Origin: Octopus sinensis
Taxonomy: Eukaryota
Direction: 5' to 3'
Assembly (NCBI RefSeq): GCF_006345805.1
Contig: NW_021833343.1
Span: 1-27,822, forward strand
Length of the DNA stretch: 27,822 nt
Translations under genes and position numbers: made by a program
In this document: piece after piece, positions 22,112 to 27,822 of the stretch
Numbering within the stretch: position 1 is the first letter of the stretch
Layout of the letters: every line of letters starts with the position of its first letter
Notes under the pieces: generated by a model
Seen by the model: only the letters and a program-made list of their open reading frames with translations
Told to the model about the DNA's origin: nothing
Databases searched by the model: none

Positions 22112-22310
22112 TGTGAGTGTGTGTGTGTGTGTATATATATCTATGTGTGTGCATATGTATACATGTATGTATATCGTCTGATTCATCATATTAAAAATTC
22201 ATTCTCTTTCTTTCCATTCTATCCACCTTACATCTATATTTTTATATTTTATCGCTTCTCTCTTCTCAATTTCATATTCCTTTATCTTTTCCATTTATAT
22301 TATTTAGCAA

Positions 22311-22487
22311 TTCTTCTTCTTCTTCTTCTTCTTCTTCTTCTTCTTCTTCTTCTTCTTCTTCTTCTTCTTCTTCTTCTTCTTCTTCTTCTTCTTCTTCTTC
22401 TTCTTCTTCTTCTTCTTCTTCTTCTTCTTCTTCTTCTTCTTCTTCTTCTTCTTCTTCTTCTTCTTCTTCTTCTTCTTCTTCTTCTTC
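22311..22487. repeat. Perfect (CTT)n, ~59 units
   Basis: Directly visible; the source of the poly-L and poly-R ORFs. Confidence 0.97.
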
Positions 22488-22774
22488 CTGGTTCGAAAAG
22501 TATTCTATCAGACATAATACTTTTTTAAAATTGTTATCAGACTTTTAAAATCACTTTCTATTTATTTATTTATTTATTTATTCCTTATACATTTCTTTAT
22601 TATCATATTTAATTATATTTATTGTTATATTTAAATTGAGTAAAATATCGTTCCTAACACCCCTCCCCAGATACGTCTTCTGCCAAACTGCGGGGGCAAT
22701 AGCACAATGATTGTAACTATGCTAATAAATATGAAAATAACAACAACAACAACAATAATAATAACCATGGGTTT

Positions 22775-22950
22775 CAAAATTTGGCACAAGGCAGTAACTT
22801 CGAAGGAAGGAGAAATCGATTACATCGATCCCAGTGTTCAATGCTTAGCGGGATTTTCTTTGTCTTTATGTTCTGAGTTCAAATTCCGCCGAGGTCGACA
22901 TTGCTTTTCATTCTTCGGGATTGATAAAATAAGTACCAGTCGAGCACTGT
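22775..22950. mobile_element. Two opposed fragments of the second SINE family (minus-strand 3' end ~22775-22860; plus-strand fragment ~22863-22950)
   Basis: ttggcacaaggcagtaacttcg...atcgattacatcgatcccagtg (minus), then atgttctgagttcaaattccgccgaggtcgac...gataaaataagtaccagt (plus). Confidence 0.65.
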
Positions 22951-22993
22951 CTTAATAATAATACTAATAGGAATAATAATAATAACAATAATG

Positions 22994-23063
<70 letters not shown>

Positions 23064-23066
<3 letters not shown>

Positions 23067-23620
23067 GCTCTGAGGCAATACCAGGCAGTGGCTCTCATGG
23101 GTTCTGATCTTAACTGATTGGAAGTGTTATCATGTACATTGTTTTGTCTTGGTATAAAAGATGGGCTACAGCAAATACTCTGCTCAATACCACAGATTTG
23201 CTTGTCAGTTGTTTGACCTTAACCAGTTGAGCATGTCCCTTAGTGGCTGACGATATGTGCATCTCTGATCACGAGCAGAAGTAGTGGGGGAGCATCATAG
23301 CCATGTGTTGAGAGGGATTCTTTGGGGTTTGAATAATTCACCTCTGGAAACATGGGTGTTTCTTTCAACATCCTTAAACAATCCTTATTCAGGGACCTTT
23401 TGAGCGGGATGGGCTACTCAACCTGAAGAAAATTCTAACTGGGCCCCACCTGCAAGGTCATGTGCTGTTTATCTTGATATGAGATCACCATGTCGCGCAC
23501 ATATGGTTGTGATGCATGTGCCTGGTGTACCTTTATCAGACGGGTAGTCATGATGGGTATATTGGGCTTCGTATATTTTACCCCAGTGTCACTTTGATGG
23601 CATGCTCTGCTCTCTCACTC
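23064..23620. mobile_element. ~555-bp non-coding interspersed element flanked by (AAT)n, copy 1
   Basis: Collinear with 23655-24197, with many substitutions and one ~13-bp indel. Both ends lie in (AAT)n. Confidence 0.75.
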
Positions 23621-23654
<34 letters not shown>

Positions 23655-23656
<2 letters not shown>

Positions 23657-24197
23657 CGCCCTGAAGCAATACCAGGCAGTGATTCTCACGACTTCTGATC
23701 TTAACTGATTGTACGTTGTTTTGTCTTGGTATAAAAGATCGGCTACAGCAAATATTCTACTCAATACCACAGATTTGCTTGTCAGTTGTTTGACCTTAAC
23801 CAGTTGAGCATGACCCTTAGTGGTTGACGGTATGTGCATCTCTGATCACGAGCAGAAGTAGTGGGGGAGCATCATAGCCATATGTTGAGAAGAATTCTTT
23901 TGGGGTTTGAGTAATTCACCTCTGGAAACATGGGTGTTTCGTTCAACATTCTTAAACAACCTTTATTCAGGGACCTTTGAGCAGGGTGGGCTACTCGACC
24001 AGAAGAAAATTCTAACTGGATCCCACCTGCAAGGCCATGAGCTGTTTATCTTGATATGAAATCGCTATGTCGCACATATATGACTGTGATGTATGTGCCT
24101 GGTGTACCCTTATCAGACGGGTAGTCATGATGGATATACTAGGCTTCGTATATTTTACCGCAGTATTATTTTGATGGCATGTACTGCTCTCTCACTC
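23655..24197. mobile_element. ~545-bp element flanked by (AAT)n, copy 2
   Basis: Runs from aacgccctgaagcaataccaggcagtg to actgctctctcactc, then aataataat. Confidence 0.75.
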
Positions 24198-24210
24198 AAT
24201 AATAATAATA

Positions 24211-24246
<36 letters not shown>

Positions 24247-24269
24247 TAATAATAATAATAATAATTTCT

Positions 24270-24425
24270 ACTATAGGCACAAGGTCTGAAATTTCGGAAG
24301 AGGGGGATAGAAGATTACACCGGCTCCAGCGTATCTCTGGTACTTTATTTATCAACACCGAAAGGATGAAAGGCGAAGTTGATTTCGGCGGAATTTGAAA
24401 TCAGAACGTAAAGGCGGACGAAATA
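24270..24425 (-). mobile_element. Second SINE family copy, minus strand
   Basis: Reverse complement of gtatttcgtccgcctttacgttctgatttcaaattccgccgaaatcaacttcgcctttcatcctttcggtgttgataaataaagtaccag. Confidence 0.75.
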
Positions 24426-24714
24426 CATCATTGCCAGGAATTACAAGATTTCACCTAAGCAGAGTTCTCCACGGGGTTCTTGAAACATGATCAGTAAACA
24501 AGTGTCACCTTAGTCTGCGGGGTGTTGGGAGCTGATGCCTTCCATTATACTCTGCAAAATAAGCTGAGAGTTTTCATCAAATAATAACAGCAGCAACGAC
24601 AGTTATAATAATGATGATAGCGACGACGACGATGACGGCGATGATGATGATGATGATGATGATGCCGACGATGACAATATTAACAAAAACAACAACAATA
24701 ATAACTAAATAATT

Positions 24715-25034
<320 letters not shown>

Positions 25035-25444
25035 GGGTGCATGTCATGGAGGTCATCTTTTGCCAAGAATGGAATCGATTTTGTTTAAAAATATATTCGA
25101 CAGTCAAATGTGAAGCGATATAAATGGACAGCAATGGCTGCTTCAACGGATGTCTTATCAGGCGTTTGATGTTGTTGAATAAATATTTGAATAGTATGAT
25201 TGCATGGGGTTTGTGGGGGAGAAGAGATGGATGTGGTGGATGATGAGGATGTAGAAGGGAGAAGGGTGGAGGGGGAGAGAGATTGGTGAGGAGAAGAGGG
25301 AGGAGATGAGCAAAGAGAAGGAAAACAGCAGAAAGGATGAGGGATACGTAGAACAATAAATATATATATATATGTATATATATATATGTGTGTATATATA
25401 TATATTGTATATATAATATCTATATATATATATAAAGGTACAGG

Positions 25445-25594
25445 GTGGCTGTGATAAGTATCTTTGCTTCCTAACCACATGGTTTCGGGCTCAGTCCCAC
25501 TGCGTGGCACCTTGGGCTAGTGTCTTCTACTATAGCCTCAGGCCGACCAAAATCTTGTGAGTGGATTGGTAGACGGAAACCGCAAGAAGCCCGC

Positions 25595-25595
<1 letters not shown>
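25445..25595 (+). mobile_element. Bipartite SINE 5' half (matching 3' half at 26755-26955)
   Basis: Runs from gtggctgtgataagtatc through ggctcagtcccactgcgtggcacc to gacggaaaccgcaagaagcccg, then (TA)n. Confidence 0.8.
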
Positions 25596-25637
<42 letters not shown>

Positions 25638-25852
25638 CAGTAGATATATAATATATATATATATATATGTAGATGTCTGAATTATCCTAGTATGGGTAAT
25701 TCTTTAATCGATACCTGGTAGCAAATTCACTTCACTAAAACACGGTTGAAGTTACATGCCAAGGGCTGAACCCCGTGTTCGTGTGTGGAATTTGTGTGTT
25801 TTTTTATATGAATAAATGAAAAGAATGGAGTCGAACGAAGATTTTATCAAAA

Positions 25853-25951
25853 TTCCTTTACTTTCGACATATGTTTCGAAGACTGCATATTCTTAATTCC
25901 GAAGGAATGAAAGTTGCATTATGCCGTCTTCTCATCAGGAAATACAAGGAA
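25853..25951 (-). ncRNA. Type I hammerhead ribozyme (minus-strand copy; predicted cut between 25866 and 25865)
   Basis: TTCCTT-GTA-TTTC-CTGATGA-GAAGAC...GTCTTC-GAAA-CATATG-TC/GAAA-GTA-AAGGAA; all conserved core nucleotides are present. Confidence 0.85.
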
Positions 25952-26521
25952 CCTCTATCAGCCTCAAGACGAACAAAAGCTTCTTACCGTCTGCCTACAT
26001 GGTTTCCACAGTGATAATGAATATTTATTTAAAATAATCTGTTATAAGCAATGACGTCAAAATTGGATGGAAGGAGGAAGTTATAAAAAAATAGGAAGGG
26101 GACAGTGTGTATGCTGTATGTATGGGGATTGAAGGGTCTATGTTTTGTTAATGAGTTTGAGTGTTTGTGTGTGTGTATGAGTGTGTGTATATAACTGCAT
26201 CTGTGTCTATGTGTGTGTGTTTGCAAATGTATATGTGTGGGAGGGGGACAATTGTCAAATATATATAGTATTAATGTGAAAAATTTGTGTCTGTGTGTTT
26301 GATTGTGCGCATGATAGAGAGAGAGAGAGAGGGGGAGAGGTAGAGAGAAAGAGATAAACATACGCCAACTATATTTAATGTTTGATGCAACAGAACAGAG
26401 AGGAAGCATTTGTCTACGGTAGTGGTGTAGACGGATTATTTTAAATAAATATTCACTATCACTGTGGAAACCATGTAGGCAGACGGTAAGAAGCTTTTGT
26501 TAGTCTTGAGGCTGATAGAGG

Positions 26522-26620
26522 TTCCTTGTATTTCCTGATGAGAAGACGGCATAATGCAACCTTCATTCCTTCGGAACTAAGAATATGCAGTCTTCGAAAC
26601 ATATGTCGAAAGTAAAGGAA
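26522..26620 (+). ncRNA. Type I hammerhead ribozyme (plus-strand copy; predicted cut after C26607)
   Basis: CTGATGA at 26535-26541. Stem II is GAAGAC (26542-47)/GTCTTC (26590-95), extended by GCATA/TATGC and a TTCC-TTC-GGAA hairpin. GAAA at 26596-99, palindromic stem III ACATATGT, GUC site. Stem I is TTTC/GAAA, a 3x3 loop, then TTCCTT/AAGGAA. Confidence 0.88.
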
Positions 26621-26657
26621 TTTTGATAAAAATCTTCGTTCGACTCCATTCTTTTCA

Positions 26658-26746
<89 letters not shown>

Positions 26747-26754
26747 CATATGCT

Positions 26755-26955
26755 TGTGTGCCTATGTTTGTATCCCCACTATCGCTTGGCAACCGATTTG
26801 GTGTGTCTATGTCTCCATAACTTAGTCGTTCGGCGTAACAGAACGATAGAATAAATACTAGGCTTACAATGAATAAATTCTAACAAATTCGATTTGTTAG
26901 TCAGTGTTCTAGCATGGCTGTCATCAAATGACTGAGACAAATAAAACAATAAAAG
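26755..26955 (+). mobile_element. Bipartite SINE 3' half
   Basis: Runs from tatgtttgtatccccactatcgcttggcaaccg through ttagtcgttcggcg to catcaaatgactgagacaaataaaa. Confidence 0.75.
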
Positions 26956-27111
26956 AATATATATATATATATATAGATCGATAGATAGATACATACATAT
27001 TACATACACACACACACACACAAAGCATATCAGTACCCTCGGTATTTGAGTACTCTTTTTTCCACCTTGTTTTACATTTATGTACTTGCTCCGGTATATA
27101 GATATATATAT

Positions 27112-27155
<44 letters not shown>

Positions 27156-27489
27156 GTATGTAACTGTAGTAGTTTTGTAGTGGCAGTAGGCAGCAGCAGA
27201 GCAGCAGCACGTAGTAGTAGTAGTAGTAGTAGTAGTAGTAAAGTAGTAGTAGTAGTAGTAGTAGCAGCAGCAGTACGTCTTGACTGCATAGAAAATCGGT
27301 GTCTTCGACATGAATTCTTGGCTTTCTCCATTCTCAAACTGTAACGTTAGGAGAACCGTCCATATGCAATGGTTTAGGAACTCCAGCTGCCTCATTGGTA
27401 TAACAAGCGTGTAATCGTTGCGTAACTTTTCACACGCAGTCACTAACAGAAACAACTGTAACATGCAATAAAGTTGTGCTATATTCATC

Positions 27490-27822
27490 GAAAAGCTTCG
27501 CGGTATTTCGTCTGCCGCTATGTTCTGAGTTCAAATTCCGCGAGGTCAACTTTGCCTTTTATCCTTTCGGGGTCGATTAAATAAATACCAGTTACGCACT
27601 GGGGTCGATATAATCGACTCAATCTGTTTGTCTGCCATTGTTTGTCCTCTCTGTGTTTAGCCCCTTGTGGGTTGTAAAGAAATAGATATTTTGCCTGTCT
27701 TTACGTTCTGAGTTCATTTTCCGCCGAGGTCAACTTTACCTTTCATGCTTTCGAGGTCGATAAATTAAGTACGATTTGCGTGCTGGGGTCGATCTAATCG
27801 ACCCACCCGTCTCCCAAAATAT
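27490..27822 (+). mobile_element. Two tandem truncated copies of the second SINE family (~27490-27685, ~27690-27822)
   Basis: gcggtatttcgtctgccgctatgttctgagttcaaattccg...ggggtcgat is followed by a second ttacgttctgagttc...gaggtcgataaattaagtac. Confidence 0.8.

Larger units (their letters stand above)
25814..26660. mobile_element. Foldback element: 226/227-bp inverted arms (25814-26039, 26434-26660) around a 394-bp spacer; Penelope-like inverted pseudo-LTR or retrozyme-like
   Basis: The arms differ by 4 substitutions and 1 indel. Each arm contains a complete hammerhead ribozyme. Confidence 0.85.

Noticed and set aside
23064-24197. CRISPR-like or ribozyme interpretation of the duplicated units
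   Set aside because: Only two long units with no spacers; the CTGAAGA here lacks stem II and GAAA, and I could not complete an HDV-like fold.
27300-27420. Fibronectin-III-like reading YTNEAAGVPKPLHMDGSPNVTV*EW on the minus strand
   Set aside because: In-frame stops on both sides and only superficial similarity.

Overview
Repeat-dominated animal genomic DNA, either intronic or intergenic. The SINE families match ones I recall from Octopus; this is recollection, not a database result. I can find no intact protein-coding gene. Nearly all supplied ORFs are translations of microsatellites. Recognisable coding remnants are a decayed LINE reverse-transcriptase C-terminus (4663-4980, minus) and a decayed mariner transposase N-terminus (13455-13598). 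Other repeats are two to three tRNA-derived SINE families, a non-autonomous Helitron and two tandem duplications. The main hidden signal is a set of type I hammerhead ribozyme (HHR) motifs in short Penelope-like or retrozyme-like elements sitting in (TA)n tracts. First, an apparently intact HHR occurs twice, facing outward, in a 226-bp inverted repeat of about 98% identity (25814-26660) that splits a SINE. Second, a long-stemmed HHR (19760-19810, minus) has one core anomaly, an A15.1-C16.1 mismatch before a GCU triplet. This is the configuration known to become cleavable when A15.1 is inosine, which raises the hypothesis of an RNA-editing-activated ribozyme. Third, there are minimal variant HHRs at 14544-14579 and 613-643.
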